A stretch of DNA of 64,000 bases, from assembly GCA_038087875.1 (NCBI GenBank), contig JAXLNO010000385.1, positions 186,001 to 250,000 of the forward strand, in the 5' to 3' direction. This stretch comes from Malacoraja senta (taxonomy: Eukaryota). The first letter of the stretch is position 1. Each line of letters starts with the position of its first letter. Position numbers and translations under genes: made by a program. Below the pieces are notes generated by a model, which saw nothing but the letters and a program-made list of their open reading frames with translations, was not told the origin of the DNA and made no database searches. Of the stretch, positions 18,571 through 30,929 are shown piece by piece.

Positions 18571-18745
18571 GGTCAGTGACTCTGGGTGGGCGGAGGGACC
18601 AGACTGTCCCCAACTCTGCTGCAGCTGACGGGGATGTTGCCGGGTGGTCGGGGGTGATCGGTGGGGAGGTGGGTCAGTGACTCTGGATGGGCGGAGGGAC
18701 CAGACTGTCCCCAACTCTGCTGCAGCTGACGGGGATGTTGCCGGG
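18571..18745 (+). repeat. Direct repeat of ~75 bp with ~102-bp period, GC-rich
   Basis: GGTCAGTGACTCTGGRTGGGCGGAGGGACCAGACTGTCCCCAACTCTGCTGCAGCTGACGGGGATGTTGCCGGGT occurs twice. Confidence 0.9.
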
Positions 18746-18864
18746 TTTTCGTCCCCGTGTGTCCGCTGCCCAGAGCCGCGGCCCTGTCCGTGTGGGCGCT
18801 GCCGACCCACAGCCCGTGACAGTGCGGCCGCACAGGGGGAGACCGGGCGGAGGGCGGCCGTGGA

Positions 18865-19090
<226 letters not shown>

Positions 19091-19299
19091 CTTCTATCTA
19101 TCTTCGATACTTAACTAAAACTCATCTTGTCCTCTTCCGGATTGCGCTTTATTTACATTTGCGCAAAGACGGTCCCCGATAACGCTACGACCCCCCCCCC
19201 CCGCCTAACTCGCCGTACCCCTGTGCCACAAGCGCACTAAGGTTTCTTCCGATCGGTGGAATATTACAAAAGTTACGAAGGTTTAAAAATTGTAATATC

Positions 19300-19395
19300 A
19301 GCAGATTGGTCTTCTATCCTGTCAAACGCCGGGACGACCACGCCCCTTCCGGCACCCGCTGTCAATCACCGGGGCGAGGAGTATAAAGCAACGGA
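19300..19395 (+). promoter_or_regulatory. Pol II promoter-like module at the edge of a CpG island
   Basis: ATTGG (CCAAT reverse), CACGCCCC (Sp/KLF), CTTCCGG (ETS), then TATAAAG at ~19382; GTAAGG/GTGAGT donor-like sites at ~19745-19757. Confidence 0.4.
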
Positions 19396-19419
19396 GCCCC
19401 GCGGCCCTGAGCCCCGCGG

Positions 19420-20780
19420 TCGTCCTGAATCCGTCCTGAATCCGTCCCGAATCCGTCCCGAAGCGAAGCCATCCCGCCGCGAAGCCATCCGGAAGCCAGT
19501 GAGCCCCGAAGACGTCCCGAAGCCGGTGAGCGCCGAAGCCGCCCCAAAGCCGTCCCGAAGCCGCCCAAAAGCCGCCCCGAAGCCGTCCCGAAGTCGGTGA
19601 GGCCGGAGCCGTCCCGAAGCCGGTGAGCCCCGCAGCCGCTGGGGAGCCTAGGAGCCGCCCCGAGTCGAGGAACCCAGGAGGCGGCCCGGAGTGGGGAGCG
19701 GTCCGGAGCCTGGCCGACTGCTGCAACCTCCAGATCCTGCGGAAGTAAGGAGTGAGTGTGGGGGGATTGAGGGAGCGGGGCGCTGGCGGGGGCCAGGCGC
19801 TGGCCGGGGCACAGCACCACCGCACACACATCCACGCACTCCCCTCCCCTAGCCCACACCCCTCCCCAAACGTTGGCCACGGTAGCGCCGCCCCCCCCCG
19901 GCCCCCACCTGAAACCGTCGCCCTCCCCGTCCCCAGCTGCAGGAGTAGCCCAAGAAAAGTCTATTCGGCCCACAATGCCTGTACTAGCCCTCCGGCCCCC
20001 ACCTGAAACCGTCGCCCTCCCCGTCCCTAGCTGCAGGATGCTCGCCCCCCCCCCCACTGGCCCACACAACCCCCGCCTGAAGCTGTCCCTGTCCCCCTAC
20101 TTCAAGACCCCCCCGCCAACCGGCCGCGACGAACCCCGCCTGAAGCCGTCCCCGTCCCCCTGCTACAAGATCCTCCCCTCCAACCGGCCACGACAGCCCC
20201 CGCCTGAAGCCGTCCCCCCCTCCCGGCTGCCGGATGCTCCCCTCTCCGCCACCGGCTCTGACAGCCCCCGTCTGAAGCCCTACCCCCACCCAACTGCACT
20301 AGACAGCCGCCGCCTGAAGCCGTGCCACTCCCCCAGCTGTTGGACGCCCCCCCCCCGTTAGCCCCCTCCTGAAGCCGTCCCAATCCCCCGGCTGCAGGTC
20401 GCTCGCACCCCCCCCAACCGGTCCCTGAGAGCCCCCGACTGAAGCCGTCCTCGTCCCCGGTTACAGGACGCTCCCGCTGCCCCCCAACTGAAGCTGTCCC
20501 CTTCCTCCAGGGACAGGACGCTTCCAACAGCCCCCGCCTGAAGCCGTCCCTGTCCCCAGCTGCAGGACACTTTCCCCCCTCCGCCCCCACCGGCCCCCGC
20601 CTGAAGCCGTCCGTGTCCCCAGCTGCAGGATGCACCCTACAGGCCCCCTCCTGTAGCCGGTGGGGAGCGGTAGCGGAAGGCCACGGTAGCGGAAGGCCAC
20701 GGCAGCTGTAGGTCACGGCAGCGGTAGGCAGCGGACGACCACGGCAGCGGTAGCGGTTGGCCACGGCAGCGGTAGGTCAC
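19420..20780 (+). repeat. GC-rich minisatellite complex: ~12-bp CCGAAGCCGTCC units, ~60-bp units with CCTGAAGCCGTCCC core, and GGCAGCGGTAG/CCACGG units (mirror ~60485-61845)
   Basis: About a dozen CTGAARCYGT cores at ~60-bp spacing between ~19905 and ~20660. Confidence 0.9.
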
Positions 20781-20796
20781 AGCAACGCTACCTAGT

Positions 20797-21183
20797 TTCA
20801 ATTACAGACGAATATGCGATTGAGAGAGGGAAAAGGCGACTATTCTCATTTGTGTTGAAAGTTGGAGAAGACGAGATTTAAAAGAATGAAGACGATTAAA
20901 TTGTAATGCCAGAAGACATGGTTCTATCAGCAAAAACATTGTATTGATTTCATCTATCCCGCATTTGACAATCCTGTAGAATTATTCTCCGACAATTGTA
21001 TCTTGGTTCCGCACAACGATACGATGAGAAGCATCAATTCTCTATGTATCAGATGCTTCCCTGGAATTAATAAGGAGTACTTTTCAATCAATGGTGTCAC
21101 TGAGGGAACTAATGCTTCCCAACAGCTTTCCTTGATTCACTCGACATCTATGGATTATCACCACAAATTGGAATTGAATAAAG
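20797..21183 (+). pseudogene. Helitron RepHel / PIF1-type helicase fragment, frameshifted (mirror ~60081-60467, -)
   Basis: Across frames: LQTNMRL...FVLKVGED...IVMPEDMV...IDFIYP...CILVPHNDTMRSINSLCIRCFPGINKEYFSI...FPTAFLDSLDIYGL/HHKLELNKG. This parallels the RepHel consensus LxxNMR...LLxIGxG...ILAPxNxxVxxIN...LPG...YxS...YPxEFLNSL...LPPHxLxLKxG. Confidence 0.8.
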
Positions 21184-24100
21184 GATCATTGGGACCTCTT
21201 TCGGGGAAGGTGTGACCTGTACAGAAAGGAAGGGTTGCACTTGAACCCGAGGGGACCAATATCCTGGCGGGGAGATTTGCAAAGGCTACTGGTGAGACTT
21301 TAAACTAGAACGGTTGGGGGGAGGGACCCAAATAGAGAGAGCTAGTAGAAAATGTGGGAGGCAGGAGGCAGAGAAGGGAAGCACTCGGACCCAAAATGTA
21401 GGGGAGAAAGAAGAAAAGGATAATAAACAGAGAATAAGTGGTGGTGGGTTTCTTAAATTTGTATATTTTAATGCTAGGAGCATTGTAAGAAAGGTGGATG
21501 AGCTTAGAGTCTGGATTGACACCTGGAAGTATGATGTTTTGGCGATCAGTGAAACATGGTTGCAGGAGGGCTGTGATTGGAAACTAAATATTCCAGGATT
21601 TCGTTGCTTCAGGGGTGATAGAATTGGAGGGGCAAGAGGTGGGGGTGTTGCATTGCTTGTCAAGGAAGATATTACAGCAGTAATAGAGGGCTCGTCTAGG
21701 GAGGCTATTTGGGTGGAACTGAGAAATGGTAAAGGTGTAGCAACACTTATAGGGGTGTATTATAGACCGCCAAATGGGGAGCAAGAATTGGTAGAGCAAA
21801 TATGTAAGGAGATAGCAGATATTAGTAGTAAGCGCAGGGTAGTGATTCTGGGAGATTTCAATTTTCCACACATAGACTGGGAAACATATTCTGTAAAAGA
21901 GCTGGATGGTTTGGAGTTTGTAAAATGTGTGCAGGATAGTTTTTTGCAGCAATACATAGAGGTACCTACTAGAGAAGGGGCAGTGCTGGACCTCCTGTTA
22001 GAAAATGAGACAGGGCAGGTGGCGGAGATATGCGTCGAGGAGCACTTCGGGTCCAGTGATCACAATACCATTAGTTTCAATATAATTATGGAGAGGGTCA
22101 GAACTGGACCTCGGGTTGAGATTTTTGATTGGAGAAAGGCTAACTTTGACGAGATGCGAAATGATTTAAAAGGAGTGAATTGGGACATGTTGTTTTATGG
22201 GAAGGATGTAGAAGAGAAATGGAGGACATTTAAAGGTGACATTTTAAGAGTACAGAATCTTTATGTCCCTGTTCGGTTGAATGGAAATAGTAAAAATTGG
22301 AAAGAGCCATGGTTTTCACGGGAAATTGGACACTTGGTTCGGAAAAAGAGAGAGATCTACAATAATTATAGGCAGCATGCCGTAAATGAGGTGCTTGAGG
22401 AGTATAAAGAATGTAAAATGAATATTAAGAAAGAAATTAGAAAAGCTAAAAGAAGATATGAGGTTGCTTTGGCAAGTAAGGTGAAAGTAAATGCAAAGGG
22501 TTTCTACAGCTATATTAATAGCAAAAGGATAACAAGGAATACAATTGGTCCATTAGAGAGTCAGAGTGGACAGCTATCTGCAGAGCCAAAAGAGATGGGG
22601 GAGATATTGAACAATTTCTTTTCTTCGGTATTCACCAAGGAGAAGGATATGGAATTATGTGAGGTAAGGGAAACAAGCAGAGTAGCAATGGAAACTAGGA
22701 GATTCAAAGAAGAGGAGGTGCGGACTCTTTTGCAAAAATATGAAAACTGATAAGTCTCCAGGTCCTGACAGGATATTCCCTAGGACATTGAGGGAAGTTA
22801 GTGTAGAAATAGCAGGGGCTATGACAGAAATATTTCAAATGTCTTTAGAAACGGGAACAGTGCAGGAGGATTGGCACACTGCGCATGTTGTTCCGTTGTT
22901 TAAAAAGGGTTCTAAGAGTAAACCTAGCAATTATAGACCTGTTAGTTAGACGTCAGTGGTGGGCAAATTAATGGAAAGGATACTTAGAGATAATATATAT
23001 AATCATCTGGATAAGCAGGGTCTGATTAGGAACAGTCAACATGGATTTGTGCCTGGAAGGTCATGTTTGACTAATCTTGAATTTTTCGAAGAGGTTACTA
23101 GGGAAATTGATGAGGGTAAAGCAGTGGATGTTGTCTATATGGACTTCAGTAAGGCCTTTGACAAGGTTCCTCATGAAAGGTTGGTTAAGAAGATTCAATT
23201 GTTGGGTATTAATGGTGGAGTAGCAAGATGGATTCAACAGTGGCTGAATGGGAGATGCCAGAGAGTAATGGTGGATGGCTGTTTGTCAGGTTGGAGGCCG
23301 GTGACTAGTGGGGTGCCTCAGGGGTCTGTGTTGGGTCTACTGTTGTTTGTCATGTACATCAATGATCTGGATGATGGTGTGGAAAATTGGATTAGTAAGT
23401 ATGCAGATGATACTAAGATAGGTGGTGTTGTGGATAATGAAGTAGATTTTCAAAGTCTACAGAGAGATTTAGGCCATTTGGAAGAGTGGGCTGAAAGATG
23501 GCAGATGGAGTTTAATGCTGATAAATGTGAGGTGCTACATCTTGGCAGGACAAATCAAAATAGGACGTACATGGTAAATGGTAGCGAATTGAGGAATGCA
23601 GTTGAACAGAGGGATCTAGGAATAACTGTGCATAGTTCCCTGAAGGTGGAATCTCATGTAGATAGGGTGGTAAAGAAAGCTTTTGGTGTGCTGGCCTTTA
23701 TAAATCAGAGCATTGAGTATAGAAGTTGGGATGTAATGTTAAAATTGTACAAGGCATTGGTGAGGCCAATTCTGGAGTATGGAGTACAATTTTGGTCGCC
23801 TAATTATAGGAAGGATTTCAACAAAATAGAGAGAGTACAGAGGAGATTTACGAAAATGTTGCCTGGGTTTCAGCAACTAAATTACAGAGAAAGGCTGAGC
23901 AAGTTAGGTCTTTATTCTTTGGAGCGCAGAAGGTTAATGGGGGACTTGATAGAGGTCTTTAAAATTATGAGAGGGATAGACAGAGTTGACGTGGATAAGC
24001 TTTTCCCATTGAGAGTAGGGAAGATTCAAACAAGAGGACATGACCTGAGAATTTAGGGACAGAAGTTTAGGGGTAACATTAGGGGGAATTTCTTTACTCA

Positions 24101-24329
24101 GAGAGTGGTAGCTGTGTGGAATGAGCTTCCAGTGGAAGTGGTGGAGGCAGGTTTGATTTTACCATTTAAAAATAGATTGGATGGGTATATGGATGTGAAA
24201 GGAATGGAGGGTTATTGTCTGAGTGCAGGTAGATGGGACTAGGGGAGAAAAAGTGTTCTTCATGGACTTGAAGGGCCGAGATGGCCTGTTTCCATGCTGT
24301 AATTGTTATATGATTATATGGTTATATGG
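21184..24329 (+). mobile_element. 5'-truncated CR1 LINE: ORF1 esterase tail, near-complete disrupted ORF2 (APE endonuclease + RT), 3'UTR
   Basis: ORF1 end DLYRKEGLHLNPRGTNILA; ORF2 [46 protein letters not shown]; frameshift at ~22740 and stops at 22947 and 24054. Confidence 0.95.
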
Positions 24330-25305
24330 CAAAACTGCACACAATACTCCAGTTGTGGTCTCACTAGGGCTCTGTAAAACTGCAGAAGTACCTCTTTGCT
24401 CCTATATTCCATTCCTCTTGTTATAAACGCCAACATGCCATTCGCTTTCTTCACTGCCTGCTGTACCTGCATGCTTACTTTCGTAGACTGATGTACAAGG
24501 ACCCCCAGATCCCGTTGTACTTCCTCTTTTCCCAACTTGACAGAAGGAGGGGAGAGGAGGGGGGGAGGGAGGAGGGGAAAGGGTGGTGGGGAGGGAGATG
24601 GCGGGGAGGGGGAGGGTGGGGGAAAGGGCAAGTGGGTGGGGTAGTGGGGGAGGGGGAGGGGAAGAGGGGGGATCAGTGGCATCACAGCGGGAACCCATCA
24701 GCCGCGTCAAGAGGGAGTAAGGAGAGGGGGAGATGAAGGAGGGGCGCGGTAAGTGGGAGCAGGGGAAGGGCAAGGAGGGAAGGGGGGAGTCAAGGGACGA
24801 GGGGGGAGATCAGTGGCGTCACAACGGGAATCGATCAGCCACGCCTGCGCAATAGGTGGCTATGCGTAAGTGGTGGAATATTGTATTGGTGGAATGTGAC
24901 CCAAAGGATCCCACGTAGTCTTGTAATCATATATGTTTCAATAAGATCCCCTCTCATCCTTCTAAATTCCAGTGTATACAAGCCCAGTCGCTCCATTCTT
25001 TCAACATCTGACAGTCCCGCCATCCCGGGAATTAACCTGGTGAACCTACGCTGCACTACCTCAAAGAAAAAATGTCCTTCCGCAAATTTGGCGAGCTAAA
25101 CTGCACACAATACTCCAGGTGTGGCCTCACCAGGGCCCTGTACAACTGCAGATGGACCTCTTTGTTCCTATACTCAACGCCTCTTGTTATGAAGGCCAAC
25201 ATGCCAGTAGCTTTCTTCACGGCCCGCTGTACCTGCGTGTTACTTTCAGTGACTGATGAACAAGGACACCCAGATCTTGTTGTACTTCCCTTTTCCTAAC
25301 TTGAC
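24329..25305 (-). mobile_element. Two CR1 RT C-terminal fragments (~24329-24540, ~24924-25305) separated by a Helitron-type 3' end
   Basis: QRDLGVLVHQS...KKANGMLAFI...LVRPQLEYCVQF; MQRRFTRLIPGM. Confidence 0.85.
24541..24923 (+). mobile_element. Helitron-like 3' terminus (G-rich tract, degenerate hairpin, CTTG for CTAG); mirror ~56343-56727
   Basis: GTGACCCAAAGGATCCCACGTAGTCTTG|T resembles the intact end at 43070 (CAGACCCAACGGGTCTGCACTTGGTCTAG|T). Confidence 0.55.
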
Positions 25306-25314
25306 GTCATTCAG

Positions 25315-25992
25315 GTAAAGGTTCAGTATCTACCGAGATTATCCGGCAGAGGTCTTCAAGAAAAGGGCGCTGTTCACTGAGACAAAAAGAATACTGAAGA
25401 ATGTACCTGATTTGAGATACGGCCTGCTCTACCCCGCAAGACTAAGAGTCACCTACAAGAACAAGGAGCAATTTTTTACAGACCATGAAAAAGCACTGGA
25501 ATTCGCCAAAGAAATTGGGAACGTGACCGCAGACTGAAGAATTTACATTACACTTCAGGAGTCAAGGATTAACGGGACCGCCAGATCTAAAAGGATCTTT
25601 AAAGTTCTTTTAAGAGCTTTAAGGACATTTGAAAACCGAATGGACGGTGGACATTGGAGATAACCGTGGGTTTTTTTTAAATTAATTTTTTAAATATTTT
25701 TATTAATCACTATTATTATCTGTATATTCATATCTAACTATATATGTAATAACTAATACTTATTAAATATCTATATTACTACTAGAATTATTAACATTTA
25801 TATTACTCATAAAAATTTATTACTGGGTATGATTGATAACAATGATTAATAACTAATTATTTCTCAATTTAAAATTAAATTTATAGATTTAGCGAGGATA
25901 TTAATATGATATGTAGAGTATAACAACATTATGAATTTATGCTGTTCTTGGACTATTCTGCAGGGATGCGTGCTTATGTATGTATGCATGTG

Positions 25993-26061
<69 letters not shown>

Positions 26062-29000
26062 ATATATGTATGTATATGTGTGCGTATATGTGGGTATGTA
26101 TATATGTTTGTTACTCCCAAAGAAATTATTTGATTATTAGAAATAATCTTTTTTTTTTCGGCACGGAGCTGGGAATTTTTTTTTTTTACAAAGGCTACGG
26201 AAGTCTTTAGAATTCTAGCCACGTTTTAGTGCGGCTATCACTAACTACACTAATTGTAGATGTAGTTTTTTTTCTTTCACCCTATACTAACCAATTCTAT
26301 CACTTTTTTCACTTTAAATATTTTTATAACTTAATGTTAGAATGGAAAAACAAGACTAATACAAGGAGATGTGTTCGGAAGAACGATGTATATGATTTTA
26401 AATTCATCTATTTGAGGTTCAGGAGCAGGGTCAGGTTTTATGTGCTGCACCTTCTGCTCGGTTATAGACCACCTTAGAAATAATATGCAAGATGTTACTA
26501 TGACAAGAGGGGGTCAGGGAATAACATTTTGTAGTTGGAATGTCAAGGGAATCAATGAACCAATTAAGAGAGGTAAAGTCTTGGCACATCTAAATTTAAT
26601 CAAAGCAGATATTATATTCCTTCAAGAAACACACCTTAAAAAGGAATCCCAACACAGACTTAAAGCTAAGTGGATCGCTGAATCATATCATTCCTCCTTT
26701 TCCCATAAGTCCAGAGGAGTTTCAATATTAATTCGTAAAGGAATACCTTTTACGAATTTATCAACAATAGCGGATATTGATGGTAGATATATTATATTAG
26801 TTGGAGAGCTAAATGGAGAAAAAGTGATTCTTCTGAATGTATATGGGCCTAATTTTGATAACTCTATGTTCTTTAATAAAACATTTAATAAAATTCCTGA
26901 ATTTACACAATATAAATTAATAATTGGAGGAGACTTCAACTGTACATTAGATTCATACTTAGATAGATCATCAAGGCAAAAAAAAGTAAAATCTCAATCA
27001 AGTGTATTTCTAAATTCATTTATTAATACCACTAATATTAAGGATGTCTGGAGAATAGAAAATCCAACTGGACGGGAATATTCATTTTACTCTCCAGTAC
27101 ACAAAACATACACAAGAATAGATTATTTTTTAGTTGACTCCACGTTTATCCCATTTACTTATAACTCAAAATACCATAATATTATAATCTCAGACCACGT
27201 ACCTGTAACATTTATGATTAAATTAAATGGAATGTCCGAGAAACAAACATATTGGAGATTTAACCCACAAATCTTGAACGAAAGATCATGCCAGGAATAT
27301 ATTATTAAACAGATTCAAATATTTTTTGAGGTAAACGATAACCCTGACACACCTACTTCTCTTATGTGGGAAACGTTTAAAGCGTTTGTTCGAGGTGCAT
27401 TAATCTCTGCTCAAGTATTTTATAATAAAGAGAACAGGATTAAACAACAAACATTGGAAAGGGAAATCAAACAACTAGATTTAGACAATGCGAGAATGCC
27501 ATCTATTTCAAAACATAATAAAATTGCTGTATTGAAATATAAATTAAATAAAATGTATTCAGAACAAGTAATAAAACTTTATCAAAAAACCAAACAATTA
27601 CATTTTGAATTTGGAGACAAACCACAAAAACTATTAGCACGTCAGTTACGAAAAATGGAAGGGGAAAAAATAATTCATAAAATTAGAACAGAGAGAGAAT
27701 TATTAAAAATGCCCAAGGACATAAATGAAAGATTTCTCCAATACTATCATAACCTTTATTCAACTAAAACTGTAACACAAACGGAAGGAATAGCAGATTT
27801 TTTTACTAAAATGTAATTTAAAAGGTTTAGATTCAAATGATAGAGAATTATTAGAAAAGGAGATTACGATAAAGGATATTGAGGAGTCTATTGGCTCTTT
27901 AAAAAATGGTAAAGCAGTAGGACCAGATGGTTTCGGCTCTGAAGTTTATAAAAAATTTAATGACTTGCTATGCCCACGTTTACAAAGGCTGTATGAGCAT
28001 ATCTATACTCAACAGAAACTCCCAGACACTTTAAATGAATCTATAATAACACTTATTCCTAAAGCTGATAAAGATCCGGAAGATCCGGGATCATATAGAG
28101 CAATTGCACTTTTAAATACAGATCAAAAAATATTAACTAAAATACTAGCGCATAGATTAAGTACAGTGATGAATAAAATAATACACCCTGACCAAACAGG
28201 CTTTATTCAAAAACGGTACATATTATAATCTAAGAAGATTATTTAATATTATTTATTCTAAGAGAATTATTAATGAAGATCTAGAAATAATCTCACTAGA
28301 TGCTGAAAAAGCATTTGATCAGGTTGAATGGTCTTATTTATTTTCAGTGATGGAAAATATGCAACTAGGGGAGAAATTCTGTACATGGATAAAACTGTTA
28401 TATACAAATCCTACGGCTAGAATATTAACAAATCAAAGGTTGTCATCAAAATTCAGCCTATCTAGAGGTTGTAGACAAGGTTGCCCGTTATCTCCATTAT
28501 TATTTGCTTTAGCTATTGAGCCACTTGCAGAAAGAGTTAGGGGTCATCCGGAAATATATGGGTATATCACAAAGGACGCAGTGAATAAAATTTATCTATA
28601 CGCAGATGATGTACTAATTTACATTACAAAATCAGAAATTAGTATTCCAAACTTATTAGAGCTAATAACCCAATTTGGTTCACTCTCAGGATACAGAATA
28701 AATTGGAATAAAAGTGAAATTATGCCAATAAGGGAACATAACAAACACATAATACAACAATTTCCATTTATAATAGTAAACGGAAAATTTAAATACCTAG
28801 GTATCTATGTAACTAAGATATATACATCATTATTTAAAGCAAATTTTCCCCCACTACTGAATAAACTACATAAGAATATTCAATACTGGAAAACACTTCC
28901 TATCTCAATGATTGGCAAAATTAATGCCATAAAAATGATTTTTTTACCGCAAATATTATACCTTTTTCAGACAATTCCGATATATTTGTCAAAAAACTTT

Positions 29001-30658
29001 TTTTTTAAATTGGACTCTATTGTTAATGATTTTATCTGGGATTATAAGAATCATAGGATAAACAAAAGACATTTGTGTAACTCAAAAATAAATGGAGGTT
29101 TGGTTTTACCCAACTTTCTGTTTTATTTTTGGGCAGTTAATATTAAAAATATGAATTTCTGGTTGGAAGAAATAGAACAACAACCAGATTGGTTAAAAAT
29201 GGAAAAGGAAGATTGTTTGCCTTTTGATATCGGTTCGATATTATTTGCTACATCTAAATTAAACAAAAAAATTTATAGGGAAAACCCTATAATATTTAGT
29301 GCCATAGGAATTTGGAAACAATTAAAAAAGACATTAAAATTAGATAATTTATCACTTTTTCTCCCAATTGTGAATAACCCTTTGTCTAAACCCTCATGGT
29401 TGGACAGGGGTTTTACACAATGGAAGAATTATGGAATTAAAAATATGGGACAACTTTATAATGAAGGCACTTTTCTGACATTTCAGGAGTTGCAACAGAC
29501 ATATGGACTTCGAGGAAATGATTATTTCAGATATCTTCAACTCAGAGATTATGTAAAATCGAATACTCAAAACTTTCGAATTAGAAATTCAGAAATTCTT
29601 GACGAATGTTGGAATAAACATCCTAATACAGAAAAATTAATATCTTATATATATAATATCTTATTAGACAGTGACATTCCATCGACGGACTTACACAGAC
29701 AAACATGGGAAAAATAATTAAATGAAATAATAACGAAAGATACTTGGGAAGAAAGTTTACAACACATACATCAATGTTCATTAAATGCCAGACATTCTTT
29801 AATACAATTTAAAGTAATACATAGTTTGCATTATTCAAAAACAAAATTACATAAAATCTTTCAACATATCTCACCTATATGTGGTAAATGTCAACATTTA
29901 GAAGCCACCTTATCTCATATGTTTGCAAACTGTACAAAAATTAAAAAATTAAAAAATTCTGGGTAAATATTTTTAGTATAATATCTAAAGTGACCAGCAC
30001 ACAAGTGGACCCGGATCCAAAATTTATAATACTCGGAACATCAGAATTAATTCAAACATTTACAACAACACAAAGACACTTTATTGATTATAGCATAATA
30101 ACAGGAAACAAATTAATTCTAAAATTTTGGAAAGGCCACAATCAAAATGTGGATTATAGAAATGACGGAGACCTTAAACGTGGAAAGAATCAGATTTTCC
30201 CTGTTGGACAAACAGGAAGTATTCGTTGGAACATGGTCTCCTTTTATTGATTATTTAAAGGGTCAGAATGGTTCAGCACGGGAACCTGACTAATGCTCGG
30301 GCTAAAAAATGGATGAAATGCTATATTCTGAAATGTACGAATATATCTCGAATGAAGTTTTTTATTTCAATACATTTTTCCACTCTTCTTTAACAATCTT
30401 TCTCTTTTTTTAAGTGTTTTTTTTTGTGTTTTTTTTTTTCTCTCTCTTTTTCTTCTCTCTCTTTTCTTTCTTTACTTCATCTATCTTTTTAGTTCTATCT
30501 AGTTTAAAATAAAAACAATTTAAAAAAAAAGGCAAAAGGTATTGGAGACAATGTAATAATAAATGTGATAATATTATCAATTTAAAAATGTAAGACTGTA
30601 ATGATGTTAATAGGTTATGTACTTATCTCCAATAAAAGATATTTTCAACAAAAAAAAA
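25315..30658 (+). mobile_element. 5'-truncated L1-clade LINE: ORF1 C-terminus, long AT-rich inter-ORF, disrupted ORF2 (EN-RT-Cys), poly(A)
   Basis: ORF1 IYRDYPAEV...YGLLYPARLRVTY; ORF2 SWNVKG, LQETHL, GGDFN, TRIDY, ISDH, QTGF, RQGCPLSPLLF, YADD, KYLG, CGKC...HMFANC; AATAAA at 30631 and A-tail. Confidence 0.95.
25995..26051 (+). repeat. (AT)n microsatellite in the L1 inter-ORF region (slightly longer in the mirror copy)
   Basis: Directly visible. Confidence 0.97.
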
Positions 30659-30929
30659 TTCAGGTAAAAGTGGCGAGGAGGAGAGAGAGGAGGAGAGATG
30701 AGAAGAGGGGATGGGTTGAGAGGAGAGTAGAGGGGAGGAGAGGAGAGAGGAGATTAGAGAGGAAATGATCGTAGAAATCCCTAATTTCTTCCCTCTTTCG
30801 GTCCTCTCTCCCCAAGGATTTCCGTGCTCCTCTTTGGAAAGGAAGACATATTATTATTCGTCGGGACATCCCGTAACCTTTTTGTTACCCCTCTTCCCCT
30901 CCGCCCTCCCGTCCCCCCTCAAATGGGGC

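Noticed and set aside
19905..20660. CRISPR-like repeat-spacer array
   Set aside because: Linkers are homologous to each other, the repeats are degenerate, there are no cas genes, and the context is eukaryotic.
19256..20764. Pro/Gly/Arg-rich ORFs in several frames
   Set aside because: By-product of a GC-rich minisatellite; frames differ between the two arms through 1-bp indels.
20786..20796. CTAG as a Helitron 3' terminus
   Set aside because: No convincing hairpin upstream, and helicase-coding sequence follows immediately.
21314..30290. Active autonomous CR1 or L1
   Set aside because: Both are 5'-truncated and carry frameshifts or stops shared by both arm copies.
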